The notes: generated from the letters alone by a model not told the origin. A stretch of 62,535 nucleotides of DNA, filler included, from Squatina squatina (GCA_031763465.1; 3 parts of 3 records of this genome joined end to end with filler, not necessarily neighbours in it), one strand, 5' to 3'; shown: positions 12,079 through 24,391, counted from the first letter of the whole stretch. Translations and numbers: made by a program.

Positions 12079-13477
12079 AAAGCTCTGGTGGCCATAAATC
12101 AATAAATAATGGCTCTGGTATATAAAAGTGTAAGGNNNNNNNNNNNNNNNNNNNNNNNNNNNNNNNNNNNNNNNNNNNNNNNNNNNNNNNNNNNNNNNNN
12201 NNNNNNNNNNNNNNNNNNNNNNNNNNNNNNNNNNNCTGATGACATCTACAACAATGGAAAAAGTAGGTACTCAGATGCTTGCTATCCAGCTATCGTTTGT
12301 GAAGGAAGAAAGGCAGGGATTGCTCATCACATGTCTGACAGTAAATGCGCAACCATTTTCTTGATGTAGCATTCATGTGGGTAAGATCCTACTGGTCCAG
12401 GAATAGGCTTTTAATGGGTCACATATGGTATTAGACCTTGTGGGGGCTTTGTGGTAAATTGAGATTACAGCCCGAGGATCCTGTTGAATTATCAAGAAAC
12501 AAATCAGTTTATTAAACTGTGCAAATGTACTCTATGGAAGCAGCAAGCATGATGATTTGAATCAATGCCAAGACTTCTGAGTTCTTTAGTAGATCAGAAT
12601 CTCTTTCGTATATAGTACATAATATAAAGTGCCCCAAGGTCTAATTTGATGCTCTTTTCAAGCATTTCCAAGTCACTTAAGCAGATGCATTATATGTAAA
12701 CTTTTGCATTGAGCCAAGCCGTTCCATCTGCTATGGTTCCTGAGTGCTTTCAATGGGACATGTAAGCTGTCAGAATATCAGGTCTTGGGATGAGTTGTCA
12801 GCTCTCATCACAGCTGACGAATGGACTTTGATGTGCTTATATAAAAAATGTCCCCAAAAACTTTTTAAAATTACTTTGTTTTACTCTACAAGGAATACTC
12901 CACAAATAAAATACAGTCTTACAACTGCCTTAAATAAATTATTGTCTCAAAATGTTTTGCCAGAGAAAGAGGGCAAGTTAAAAGCTACAAACCATTTGCA
13001 ACTGTGTGAGCTCAAGAAAAACTAGGAAAATTTAACAGATAAGCCTTCAAATTACACATTTGGTGCTAATAAAGAGTTAGCTAAACATTGTTTATGTTTC
13101 TGAATTATATAAAACAAACCCCAAATATGTAGTTTTAGAAATTGGAAAGCATAATAAAAATATTTTAACTGAAACTCTAGATAATAATAAATGAGCTGAA
13201 ATGAACTACTACTTGTATCTCAGGGTTCCAATAAAGTTCACTATGCTCTCATGGTTTATGATAATTGATGCCCCTGTCAGTGTGATTATGTTCTAATGCA
13301 CTTAAAACTGTTTCCTCTTCCTTTTATATAATGCAAGAATTTGAGAAAGTAGCTTGTAAACTAAGTTTAATACTCACTTAAATGATAATCAATTATTGCC
13401 CTAATTTTCTAGTTTTTAAAACCTGGGCTTAGTTTAAAATTGGTGCATTAAGTATTGAAATTGAAATGGCAATCAAC

Positions 13478-14180
13478 GGGTTAAGGAGACTTAAATCTAA
13501 GTCACCTGGTCTAGATAATCTGCACTCCAAATTATTGAGGGAGATTAATGATTAAATAGCAGAGGTACTAACCATAATTTTCCAAAATTCTTTGGAACTA
13601 GTAATTGCACCAAAAGATTGTGAATGCTACAACTCCTCCAGTGCTTTGGTACATGAAGGAGGAAATGATAATCCAAGAATTCAAGCTATAGACCAGTTAG
13701 CCTTGCATCACTAATGCAAAAGCTACAAGGCCAGAATAAGAAATAATCCTTAGAGCAGTATGGGCAAATCAGAGGCAGTCAATGTGGGCTTGTAAAAGTG
13801 AGGTTATCTCATCCCTGATTAGTTCCATTGAAATACTCGAAAGTCCGAAGTTTACGTGCTGCCTGCACTCCTTTCAACGGGCGCGGGCCAATCGCGCATC
13901 ATAATCCCTGCGCCTGTTGTTGGGCGTAATTGAATTTGTTGGTATGAGTAAATGGATGGCTGAAAAATGGAAACCAAAGAATATAAATAAATGGATGTTC
14001 CTCAGATTAATACGTTATAGCTATTGGTGTGCTTAAAGATTTGTGTTGGGGTCTCTCTAGTTCTCCAGATAATTATGTGACCTGGATGTGGGCATAGATA
14101 AAATATACTGGAGACTGGAGGAAGACACAGACAGATTAGGGAAATGGGTCGATACCTTGCTGTTCCATGTAGATAAATCA
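13478..14180 (+). mobile_element. CR1 LINE ORF2 (RT) fragments, decayed, interrupted by a MITE
   Basis: KSPGLDNLHSKLLREI...YRPVSLAS before the insertion; WLKN...INGCSSD and LEEDTDRLGKWVD after it. Confidence 0.75.
13835..13940 (-). mobile_element. Harbinger-family terminal fragment (same family as 11380-11490 and 24087-24200)
   Basis: Reverse complement aaattcaattacgccc...tgcgcgattggcccgcgcccgttgaaaggagtgcaggcagcacg aligns with 24093-24177. Confidence 0.6.
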
Positions 14181-14195
14181 ACCACGACAGTGGAG

Positions 14196-14380
14196 TAGGC
14201 GGCAGGTTTCCTTCCATAAAGGACATGAGTGAACCAATTGAATTTTAACAACAATCTGACAGCTTCATGGTTACTTTTACTGATACTATACTTTATTCCA
14301 GATTATTTATTTTAACTGAATTCAAATTCTCAAACTGCCATGATGGGATTTAAAGTGGATTATTAGTCCAGGCCTCTGGA
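14196..14380 (-). mobile_element. tRNA-derived SINE, second family, partial
   Basis: Minus strand ccagaggcctggactaataatcc...aaatcccatcatggcagtttgagaatttgaattcag...ttcactcatgtcctttatggaaggaaacctgccg, a common chondrichthyan SINE body. Confidence 0.6.
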
Positions 14381-15119
14381 NNNNNNNNNNNNNNNNNNNN
14401 NNNNNNNNNNNNNNNNNNNNNNNNNNNNNNNNNNNNNNNNNNNNNNNNNNNNNNNNNNNNNNNNNNNNNNNNNNNNNNNNAATGCTTGAGTTTATAAAAC
14501 CTTAAAGGTTCTGGTCAGGTTAATCCGCCTTCACTTAACAATTTTCAACACTGGAGCAGACAGCTGCCCCCATAAATATTTTTTTTCCCAGAAGTTATAG
14601 ATCGACCAGCTTGGCGAGGAAATGTGCCTCAATAATAAATGCTCTATATACCGCCCTGATGTACACTCCGCACTAGCTCAAGCAGACTGTCTCTAAAAAT
14701 CAAATAAAATATGGAAAAAAAACACAACAGAGTGATCTTGTTTCAATTACAAAGAAAAGGATGTTTATTTAACCCACTCTCCCCCCTCAAAGAAAACAAT
14801 GATATTTGCACAGACTTTTCATATATCCTCCACAGAAACCACAAAACAACCACGGAGATTTCTCTTGGCAGAACAAAATGCTTTGAGCAACAGATTTATT
14901 GGCTCTGACTGAAAGAATCCAAAACAAGCAGTGTCTGTCCAGTATATCAGAGGCTTAAAATGTAAAACAAATATTGTATTATATGTCCATATCTGAAACG
15001 ATTTTCAAAGCACTGTTCTNNNNNNNNNNNNNNNNNNNNNNNNNNNNNNNNNNNNNNNNNNNNNNNNNNNNNNNNNNNNNNNNNNNNNNNNNNNNNNNNN
15101 NNNNNNNNNNNNNNNNNNN

Positions 15120-15288
15120 TGCCCGGGAACGAAGGCAGCCCCGCTCCGAATCTCCAGCTCGGGGTGGGGCGGGGAACGGCAGAAGTGCACAAACTCCCGT
15201 GGATCCAGGACCCTTAGGTAAGTACGTAATTTTTTTTGAGATTGGAGGTAACCGCACGCAGGAAGCCTCTAATCGCAATTTCAGGCCC
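15120..15288 (-). mobile_element. Non-autonomous Harbinger-like MITE end (family B)
   Basis: Terminus GGGCCTGAAATTGCG...gaggcttcctgcgtgcgg on the minus strand aligns with 29378 and 36553. Confidence 0.7.
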
Positions 15289-15290
15289 AG

Positions 15291-15608
15291 TGTCTTTCAG
15301 ATGAGGCATTAAACCAAGATCCTGTCGGCTCTCGCAGATGGGCACAAAAGATTTCATAGCAGTATTCGAAGAAGAGCAGGTGAGTTATCCCCAGTGTCTT
15401 GGCCAATATTTATCCCTCAACCAACATCCCGAAAAATAGATTATCTGGTCATTATCACATTGCTGTTTGTGGAAGCTTGCTGTGCCCAAAATGGCTGCCG
15501 CGTTTCCTACATTACAACAGTGACTACACTCCAAAAAGTACTTTATTGGCTGTAAAGCATTTTGGGACATCCGGTGGTCGTGAAAGGCACTATATAAATG
15601 CAAATCTT
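15291..15608 (+). mobile_element. Deu-domain SINE (SacSINE1-like), 5' part missing
   Basis: Same core and tail (gtgaaaggcactatataaatgcaa) as the other copies. Confidence 0.88.
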
Positions 15609-15669
15609 GGCGTTTTATTGTTGCTTCATTTAATAACAATAAGTAATCACTATTCAGCAACCCTTGCTG

Positions 15670-15856
15670 GGTGTGTGCGTGGGTGTGTGTTGGGATGAGG
15701 ACAGTTGTGATGCTTTGAGGGTCAAATAGCCTTCCGACGCTCACCATCAAAGGGTCTCACACAATAAAAGCTACCTTGTCAAAGTACCAGAAAGTGACTG
15801 GTGCCTGTAAAATTCCACCCCAGCTAGAAACAAATACGTTTCGGAGAGGAGGGAGT
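15670..15856 (+). mobile_element. Ancient SINE-like repeat (AmnSINE2-like), degenerate
   Basis: gggatgaggacag...gtgatgc...ggtcaaatagcc...cacac...aagtaccagaa...ccccag is similar to 58380-58510 and 48570-48600. Family name from recall only. Confidence 0.4.
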
Positions 15857-16858
15857 GGGGAAAATGGTCAGAAAATAATTGGTCAGAAAGAAAAAAAATA
15901 GCATTTTCAGAGCTGCAGCAAGGCATTTAAGTTGCAGTGCTCCCGAATTGCATTTATTTCAGGCTTACCTGAAAGCATTTTTTTTTCAAATATCATTTTA
16001 AGATACAGCACCTTTTTTTCCCCAGTGGGGACCATCAGTCACTTTCTGACATTGGTTCTGCTGGAGAGGAATAAAAAATTTAAAAGGCAGTTCGGAACAA
16101 AGACCTCTCACAGGTTGGTGACGTAATTTCCTATTAGTAACTCACTCTTGGCAGGTGCCTGCAGGCTGCTTCCTAACCATACTGTCTGTGCATTTTGATT
16201 TTTCTGCTTCTAATTCAGACTGCCTAAAGTTGGATGATCCTTACTCAAATCAGGTCAGGAAAATGGATTTTTTTTTTCTCAAAGACATGGAAAGTTCTTT
16301 TTTCTAATTAAAGTATCTCACAAATGTCTTCCAGCCACAAACACAGTGTGACATGAGGGCACGTTAGTGCTTTAGGTTGTTAGCCACCAATATGTCACTG
16401 CACATGTACCAGAACCAGAAAAAAGCATCAGCTGTGCTCAAGGAGAGATTTTACTTAAAGGGACAGGGCACACGATGCTCGACTGGCGTCTCAAGTCAAC
16501 CAAATAAGCCTCATTCGGATTGATTTTAGCTGTTAGTTTCACTTCTAATTCATAGACCACCTTCACTCAACATCTGAATCATCCTGAGTAAAACGGTAAC
16601 ACCAAGGTTGTGGGTTCATTCATTTAGAGAGATGTTCTTCATTACATTTTTTTTAATATAAAGATTACTCCGATGCTACTTTATTGATCCATGTATCAGT
16701 GTTTTTCTGCTGCTGATTCACCCATTGGTGCCTCTGCAATCTTGAGTTTACACAATTGACCCAAAAAGCAAAATGTAGATCAATGAAACAAGAACACTCC
16801 AGCTTTAATTTGTCTTTCCCTCGCCCCGATCTTGTCATATTCATTATCTGAAACTTAC

Positions 16859-16974
16859 TCTCTGGAAAGTGTTCCACATTACATCCTGCTGAGGTATTCT
16901 GGGAGTCCAGAATATCTTGGCTCAATGCATACAATGATTTGGCTGAACTCCGTATGATCTTGCTCTTACCAAAC
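16859..16974 (-). CDS. Unassigned internal exon (116 nt)
   Basis: ttatctgcag| ... |gtaagt with a single open frame FGKSKIIRSSAKSLYALSQDILDSQNTSAGCNVEHFPE. Confidence 0.45.
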
Positions 16975-17321
16975 CTGCAGATAACTTAGCCATTGACAGT
17001 GATCAGCAAATATAATTTTTTACNNNNNNNNNNNNNNNNNNNNNNNNNNNNNNNNNNNNNNNNNNNNNNNNNNNNNNNNNNNNNNNNNNNNNNNNNNNNN
17101 NNNNNNNNNNNNNNNNNNNNNNNAACACTTCTTTTAAATGTGTTAAATGTAACTGTGTTGAAGATGATGTGGGATTGCTGTGACTGAAAAGGCTCAGTGT
17201 GCCATGTGATTAAACTTATTTGGAGCTGAAAGCCAAGCTCTAACTCTTTCCACATGCAGTGATTGTGGCTGCTCCCATAATGGAAAATGTGCCTTTTTTC
17301 TTGGATTTTCTTTACTTCCAG

Positions 17322-17373
17322 CATCTGTGGTGAAGTACTTGGCCAAATGTAGAAATCCGGTCAATGAAACTGA
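17322..17373 (+). CDS. Unassigned internal exon (52 nt)
   Basis: Long polypyrimidine tract ccttttttcttggattttctttacttccag|, donor |gtaagt, single open frame SVVKYLAKCRNPVNET. Confidence 0.5.
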
Positions 17374-17904
17374 GTAAGTCCCAAGATGGAACTCCAGCTA
17401 TTTCCTTCCACAGGAATCACGACATTGGCTGCACGGGGTAAATGTTTATCTGGAACAGTTCGGGAAATCTACTATTGACCTGTACAGGATGCCTCAACAG
17501 AAAAGCCTTTTATAATTGTATGACTTTCACCTTCCTAGGTCAGCAATGAAATGCACACATCTTGAGATCAGTTCTACCAGAGGGCGTATTCTTCCTGCTC
17601 CGAGGCGAGGCAACAAGTGTCAGATTTTCTTTATCATGTATGGCCAATCGAGTCTAAAACAGCTTGTTGCTACAGCATTCAAACTCTATGGGGGAAGAAT
17701 TGATTGGAGGTCTGTGAGGTGACATCACAAATGCACTAGACGCCATTTCCTTAAATATTTGCTCAGTAATTAATACATATGATTTCCTCTGATCAGCGTT
17801 TCTAGCAAAATCGCATCTATGTTTAAAAAAAAATGTATGTTCGCGATTTCGCTAGAAATACTGACCGGGGGAATTGTCAAAAATCTATTCCCAATGTTGC
17901 CACA

Positions 17905-18135
17905 TGAAGTGACTGTGAGGCCATGGAATGCACTAGCAGAGTAAGTGACTAAAACAGAGACTATATCAACATTCAAGAATCAGCTGGAGAGGTGGTTGAA
18001 AGAAAGGGGGCGATATAAAGGGATATAGAAATACGTCGGCCTCATGTAGTTAAATATACTCCTCGTGTGGCCTATAAACACCAACAGAAACTGGTTGGGT
18101 TGAACCAGCCATTTCTGTATTGTAATATCAATGGA
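17905..18135 (+). mobile_element. CR1 LINE 3' end, degenerate
   Basis: VRPWNAL...ETISTFKNQLERWLK followed by a CR1-type 3' UTR. Confidence 0.7.
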
Positions 18136-18810
18136 AATCTGTATAATTCTTTGTGAGCAGGAACTCTTTGGTAATAATACCTACTATTGCAGAGGCGTTC
18201 AGTGAAAAAAAATACAAGTTAGTCTTATGTTTGTTAAGTTTTAGTACACACCAACCTCTAAGCCAGGTATTATAGAATATGGACTGAATGGGTCTCACTC
18301 TCTTTGAAACATTTGCATTAATTTTGTTGGGAATATATATTTTGTATCTCCATCTATACAGGAACTACAAGGAATTGTAGTCCAGATTACATAATGTGAT
18401 TTTTGGTTTGCTGAAAAGTGCATGATTATTTGATAATTGATGCATGGTCAACTTGATGAAATAATTTCAGTGGCGAATGAAAGTTGTTTTGAAACCACAC
18501 TTGGCTGACTGTCATTTCAAATTGAGAGAGGGAGTCCTTAATGGAAGCTAAAGGGACAAATGCAGAAACATAACACAGGCCATCTGAACAGGTCAGGTTC
18601 ACAATGAAGAGTCAAGTTGCCTCTCCCCACCCACTTCCTCCCAATTGCCTTGTAACACTTGAATTATTTCTCCTTTCCCCCAAAGGTAAAGCCCTCCTCA
18701 GTCATTATTCAGAAAAGTTTCCCAAGCAGGCCCCAGGAATCATCATACTCAGCTACATTGATGTCCTTTAAGTAACACAAATACATCTGAACTGAACACA
18801 GCATTTCTAT

Positions 18811-18939
18811 AGATAATGTTCCCTTGTCATCACCTTCCTCACCACCGGCCTCCACATTCAGCGGATCATCGTCCATCATTTCCGCCACCTCCAGCGTGAT
18901 CGCACCACCCAACACATCATCCCCTCCCCAGCCCTTTCA
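18811..18939 (+). mobile_element. Penelope-like element fragment (RT to GIY-YIG linker)
   Basis: VPLVITFLTTGLHIQRIIVHHFRHLQRDRTTQHIIPSPALS (one frameshift at the start) matches a shark Penelope-like ORF motif. Confidence 0.75.
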
Positions 18940-19039
18940 GGTTCCCTGATGCCTCCCTGGAAAGCTGGTCTAGGGAGTCAGAGCATGCAGGGAGGTTCTC
19001 TTCCCTGTGGATGGCTGCAAAAGACCAGCCAGAGACACT
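18940..19039 (+). mobile_element. Harbinger Myb/SANT ORF relic
   Basis: RFPDASLE...GVRACREVLFPVDGCKRPARDT, with a frameshift. Confidence 0.65.
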
Positions 19040-19386
19040 GGGGGCGGCCAATTCATGGTAAAACTTCTAGCGTGAAAGTGGCGCAAAACTGGTGTTAAGC
19101 CACTTTTGGCGCTAAAACGTGGGCGCCAAATTTGGATCCTGTTTGCGCCGGCGCAAAATGGGCGCAGAGCCTATAACGCTTGAGGCGCTGGCGTTAGTCT
19201 AAACGCGGCACTGTGATGTCATCATTGCGCGCGCCACCCAAAATGGGTGCCCGTCCAGAATTGCACAGTGTCAGTGTGCACTAAATCGAGCGGTGACAGC
19301 GCACGCTTTTTTCAACGGGGACACGGGCCTCAGCTCATATAATCTGGCATAAGGGGCAGGCGTCAGATTGGGTTCATGGATGGATG
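19040..19386 (+). mobile_element. Young CpG-rich Harbinger-like non-autonomous element end
   Basis: GGGGCGGCCAATTC terminus, repeated ggcgc motifs, palindrome tttgcgccggcgcaaa. It interrupts the Myb/SANT relic. Confidence 0.6.
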
Positions 19387-20083
19387 NNNNNNNNNNNNNN
19401 NNNNNNNNNNNNNNNNNNNNNNNNNNNNNNNNNNNNNNNNNNNNNNNNNNNNNNNNNNNNNNNNNNNNNNNNNNNNNNNNNNNNNNGTGGGAGAGTAAAC
19501 ACAAGAAAGTCGACTATTGGGAAAGTGATATTGCTACAGCTGCGTTTAGCTTGTAAAAATGACAGGATGGTGAAACGTGCTTCAAGAGTTTGCATTCCTC
19601 TCTCACCCCCATTATTGCTCCAAGAGACATGAACCAGATTGTGGTTCTTTTGAGCCGTGAGAGGCATTTAACTTTAAGCATTACTTCCTGATCGGATGAC
19701 CAAAACAGCTGTGAATTCCCACTGGAAGTGAAGCTGTTTTCTGAGGTATCTACGTGGGTAGGCTATTGACGGGCATTGCTGGTGATCTGGCATTCCTTCC
19801 CTGTGCATGGGGGGATGCCATTCTGTTGCAATATGTTACTGGATGTGACCAAATTTAAAGCTCTTGTTCAGAGCCCAAAGGAAGCATACTGGATTGATGA
19901 AGTATAACAATTAGCTTCCAAATGCCTTGCTGGTCTTTTTTGGGGAAAAAAATTATGAAACCACTGCATATGTCATTGCCTTCTGTAAATACAGAGGTAT
20001 AAATACTGCCTCCTGGCTCTTTATCAGATGCCCTCCCAAACTTTTTGCCTGCTCTCTTACTTTTATCACTGTCTTTGCTGCAG

Positions 20084-20154
20084 CTATTCTCTCACCATTC
20101 ATGTAGACACATTACATTTGTTGCACAAACACTGGCCACAGTAAAGTATAGCTG
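20084..20154 (+). other. Candidate exon (71 nt)
   Basis: About 40 nt of pyrimidine tract ending gctgcag|, donor CTG|gtaagt, one open frame LFSHHSCRHITFVAQTLATVKYS. Confidence 0.3.
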
Positions 20155-20560
20155 GTAAGTTTGTCTAGCATGTTATTGCAATAAAGATGAATCAAGGTGA
20201 GGAACCGGTGCCAAATCTACCAAAGTAAACACAGGATGATATATTAAAGCAGTACTCCATATACTTGGTTCGTTTTTACATGGCAGTACTGCAGGTGACA
20301 ACACCCCAGATATCATCACTATGATAACAGCTAAGACCGTTTTCAGCTTGTCAGACATCATGATACCATCCATTGCCCTCAAAGAACAACAGTGCCCTCC
20401 TTAAACAGCACTTTAGAAGCCTAATAAACAAGAGTGTTTTTTTTTTGTGGTTTCATTGAGATGAAAACAATATTCGGCTAAGTTTTCTTAGACTTGAAAC
20501 AGTGACATAGCCTCAGGTGCAGTGGATGGTTTATTGGAAAATTATGGGGTACAAATTCAT

Positions 20561-20660
20561 NNNNNNNNNNNNNNNNNNNNNNNNNNNNNNNNNNNNNNNN
20601 NNNNTTAATTAATTAANNNNNNNNNNNNNNNNNNNNNNNNNNNNNNNNNNNNNNNNNNNN
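20561..20660. other. Artificial scaffold linker N44-TTAATTAATTAA-N44
   Basis: A 12-mer with stops in all six frames, exactly centred in a 100-nt gap. Identical at 47499-47598. Confidence 0.95.
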
Positions 20661-20746
20661 AGAGGATCAGCCATGATCATATTGAATGGCGGACAGGCTC
20701 GAAGGGCCGAATGGCCTACTCCTGCTCCTATTTTCTATGTTTCTAT
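20661..20746 (+). mobile_element. CR1 3' tail
   Basis: gatcagccatgatcatattgaatggcgg...ggctcgaagggccgaatggcctactcctgctcct plus a (ttctatgt)n-type tail. Confidence 0.85.
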
Positions 20747-21318
20747 ATCTTGTCCAACATATCGATACCAGATACAATGACATGTGGCTTTTGTCATATT
20801 CAGGCCCAATGTGAAACCTATAGCTGCAGTCGAAGAAAACAGCATGTGACAATTAAATCCATAAACACACAATCCCTTTGCTCAGAAATACTATATTTGG
20901 AATATAATTTCTATAGACCTCTTTCAAAGAAAGGGGGAAAAAGTGACCAGTATATAACATTTTTACTTCACCTTGCTTAATTTTCTCATTCCGCAACATA
21001 ATCTATATTTAAACGTTTTGCTGTATAAAATATGATCATTTACAAGAAGCTGTTAGGCCAAGAAAGTTGATAGACATATGCTAGGCAGACAATGTTCACT
21101 ACGCTGAGCAATGAAAATATGAATAATTGGCAATCTTTTTGTGCATGGCAGAGGATTATATATTTAAGCGTTATGCTTTGATCAGGAATTCTAGATACTG
21201 TGAGTGAATGAAAAAGTGGTCTGGTACTTCAAAATTCTATTACTGGATCAAGTATGTGTTTATTAAGAGCCAAATTATCAGCAAAAGCTGCAATTTCAGC
21301 GGAAGTGTTGCATCTTAC

Positions 21319-21368
21319 ATTCAGCCAAACTGCCCAGCAAAGGAGCTCCAATTCCATCCACTGAGTAC
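21319..21368 (-). CDS. GPR180: GPR180 internal exon
   Basis: tttctttcag| YSVDGIGAPLLGSLAE |gtaag. Phase-compatible with the upstream exon (AG+G gives Arg). Confidence 0.9.
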
Positions 21369-21856
21369 CTGAAAGAAATTATAGACATTATTATAGAACT
21401 GCTTTCAGGGAGCAACAAGGACATTTAATTTCTATCAGACACACATTTTTGTAGAAAGATTTTATGAAAATTCCGTCACTTGGAAATAAAAAAAACAATA
21501 AGATGTAGATATTAAACTGAAATGTCCTAGTTTTTATGTTTAGAATACTTTACTCATTTCATTTACATCAAAATCAAAAATACAGAATCTCGGTTTTTAA
21601 AACCATAATATTACATTGAATCTAATTTTGCATGATTTCCCCCACCCCATTTTCATTTATATTTCCTCTCATCCACTTCGCGCACCTTTACTCGAGCAAA
21701 TTTGCCAGACAGGCCTCTGAAAAAGTATTTCACATGGTGCATGCAGAAACAACTTACTCTGCCACCCTCAATATTCAGTTTACCTTAACAACAATGTGCA
21801 GTGCATAGAGGTAAAGAAATTTTGGTTTTATACATCATTAAATTAAGACTACTTTA

Positions 21857-22060
<204 letters not shown>

Positions 22061-22468
22061 TTACAGTTCCACATGTGAGCAGAATTCTAAAATCAATTGA
22101 TTTAGTGTTAGTATGAAAATTTCCAACCTTTAAATAATCTTCATGATACAACAAACACACTTATAAACAACATAACAATAAAATAAATGCTGTGTGTCTC
22201 ATCAGATTGTAAGAGTGTAAGATTGGAGAATTCTTCGAACCTTACTGACAATCATGTGGTTAACACAGACTAATCAGATCAATAATAAAATAAAGCAGCA
22301 GCCATGTTTGATGCCACACCAGCTNNNNNNNNNNNNNNNNNNNNNNNNNNNNNNNNNNNNNNNNNNNNNNNNNNNNNNNNNNNNNNNNNNNNNNNNNNNN
22401 NNNNNNNNNNNNNNNNNNNNNNNNCAGCAGAGAATATAGATTAAAAGCGGGTAGACACAAATACTTAC

Positions 22469-22687
22469 CAGACTCCTCTGCACTGAAGTGATCCAGTGGA
22501 TTATTAGCTGCGTCTGGGTTCAGTAAGATAAGTTTAAACTTGATAGTCTTGGCAGCAAAGCCCTCACTACCTCTCCTCTCTTCCTCATCTTCTGGACAGG
22601 TATACTTATCTGCATACACAATGTACCAAGCCTGAGGGTGCAGAAACTGGGAAATAGTTTGATTGTTTTCTACGTCGTCCAGCGAAA
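22469..22687 (-). CDS. GPR180: GPR180 internal exon (luminal domain)
   Basis: tgtgtttcag| SLDDVENNQTISQFLHPQAWYIVYADKYTC...LILLNPDAANNPLDHFSAEES(G) |gtaagt. Confidence 0.93.
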
Positions 22688-23094
22688 CTGAAACACAAAA
22701 AAAAAAAAAATCGGTATTTTTTCCTTTTGGAAGTACTATTGTGGAATTTAGTATCAGTTTTCTCTCAACAAAAGTGTACACTACCAATTAATTATAGTAT
22801 TTTAAATCAATGAATAGTTCACATTTTTCCCCTTTCCTTCCATCACACATTGCTCTATAATTGGCCACTAGGAGGTTTCAAGCAGTCGAGGTGACTATCC
22901 GCAGGTTTTCAACTCCTCCTTGTGCAGTAAGATTTTGTGCTATATGACGGCACTTAATAAGCTGTGGCTAGGGTTTGGTCAATGTGTAGAGAATCACAGT
23001 TGTAAATCCACTTTTGAATACTATGCATTATCCTAATCCTTTACTATTCTAAAAATGTAATTACTATACCAGGAGTGTTTCTATTTTATATGAT

Positions 23095-23250
23095 AGATAC
23101 AACCTTATATTGCATCTTTAATGTAGAAAAAGGAATTCACAGAGGTGTAATCAGAAATAAATGATCACTGAGCCAAAAGAGATATTAGGAGAAGTGACCA
23201 AAAGCGTGGTCAAAACTGGTTTGAAGGAGGGTCTTAAAAGGTGAAGGAGA
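23095..23250 (-). mobile_element. L2 LINE 3' end
   Basis: gagcc...gagatattagga...gtgaccaaaagc matches the L2 tail at 62415-62535. Confidence 0.7.
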
Positions 23251-24086
23251 TGGTATGCATTAAAAATGAACCACAGAATGGTCAAAGATGCAGACTGAAG
23301 AAATCTATGCTATACTTTTGTAACGAGAAACAGATGATTAACTTGAACATTATATTACTATTATAGCTATTATGTTACAATTGTAAGCTTCTCTGCTTTG
23401 TCTCAAGTCCAAACTGAATAATGCACTTTAACCCTTATGTCACAATTGCATCCAGTTTATTTTTCATTTTTTACACCAGCTATCCTTATGGCCTCATCTC
23501 AGTATGACTGAAAATTTAGTATCAATTTGTGAATTACAATGCACTTTTATATTTCTTAAGGATTGCAAAGGGAACTTTTACAAAAGGAGCAGTACTTCAA
23601 TGAAGACCAGCAGCCTTCTCCCATATTTCATCTGGTGTTGCCAGTCCTCAAGAAGACCTGGTGGAAGCCAGAAACCTGGAAATTCCATTGCTACAAGTAA
23701 AATTCTGCAATTTTAAAATGGAGATCTATCACCTATGTAAAAGTGGGGCCCTGCTGCTTTTGGAACAACGATGGCTAATTTAGTGCACCTAATGCTAGGA
23801 CAACCACAAGGTTGGCATCAGCTGTCCTCTAATGTAGAAATGCCTAGAGGCAGTTTGTTCTGAGGAACCAATATGCACGGGGCTAAGCATGCCCAAACTC
23901 AGGCAGGGGCTTTACAGACTTCAGTCCTTTGATCACATTTATTGCGTGCACAGAACTGCAAGTAAAACACGCTACTGAAATATATTGGCTTTGGTGAACA
24001 ACCATTGAAAATTAACATTAATCTGTTTTCTTCATAATTAAGTTTATAAGAATATTGCTGTTTATAGTTTTTTCAAAGGACACTTA

Positions 24087-24391
24087 GGTGGCTAAATTTG
24101 ATAGCCGCTGAAAAAGGGCGCGGGGGTCGCAATGCGCGATTAACCCACGTCCTTTAATTGAAGTGCAGGCAGCACGCGACTTTGTGCTGCCTGCTCAAAA
24201 TAACGATGTGTGTGTGCAACCAGCGCTGTTGATTGGCTGATCAGCAGGAGGCCTAAAATAGTGAGAGGCTTGCACCAGTTAAAGCTAGCCTGCACTGCTT
24301 AATGTTTTCTTGCACCTCTTAAAGGAGCAGGTGCTGGAAGTCATTCTACAACCGAATCTGACCTGGGAAACAGTCAGGAGTGGCACAACAC
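24087..24391 (+). mobile_element. PIF/Harbinger element end (family A) leading into the Myb/SANT ORF start
   Basis: GGTGGCTAAATT terminus, 11-bp IR gcaggcagcac/gtgctgcctgc, and similarity to the reverse complement of 11220-11490. Confidence 0.7.

Noticed and set aside
19487-19556. Possible protein C-terminus WESKHKKVDYWESDIATAAFSL*
   Set aside because: Too short, cut by a gap and not recognised, so it cannot be supported.
20605-20616. Biological PacI/homeobox palindrome or piggyBac TTAA site
   Set aside because: It is centred in N padding and repeated identically, so it is a synthetic linker.
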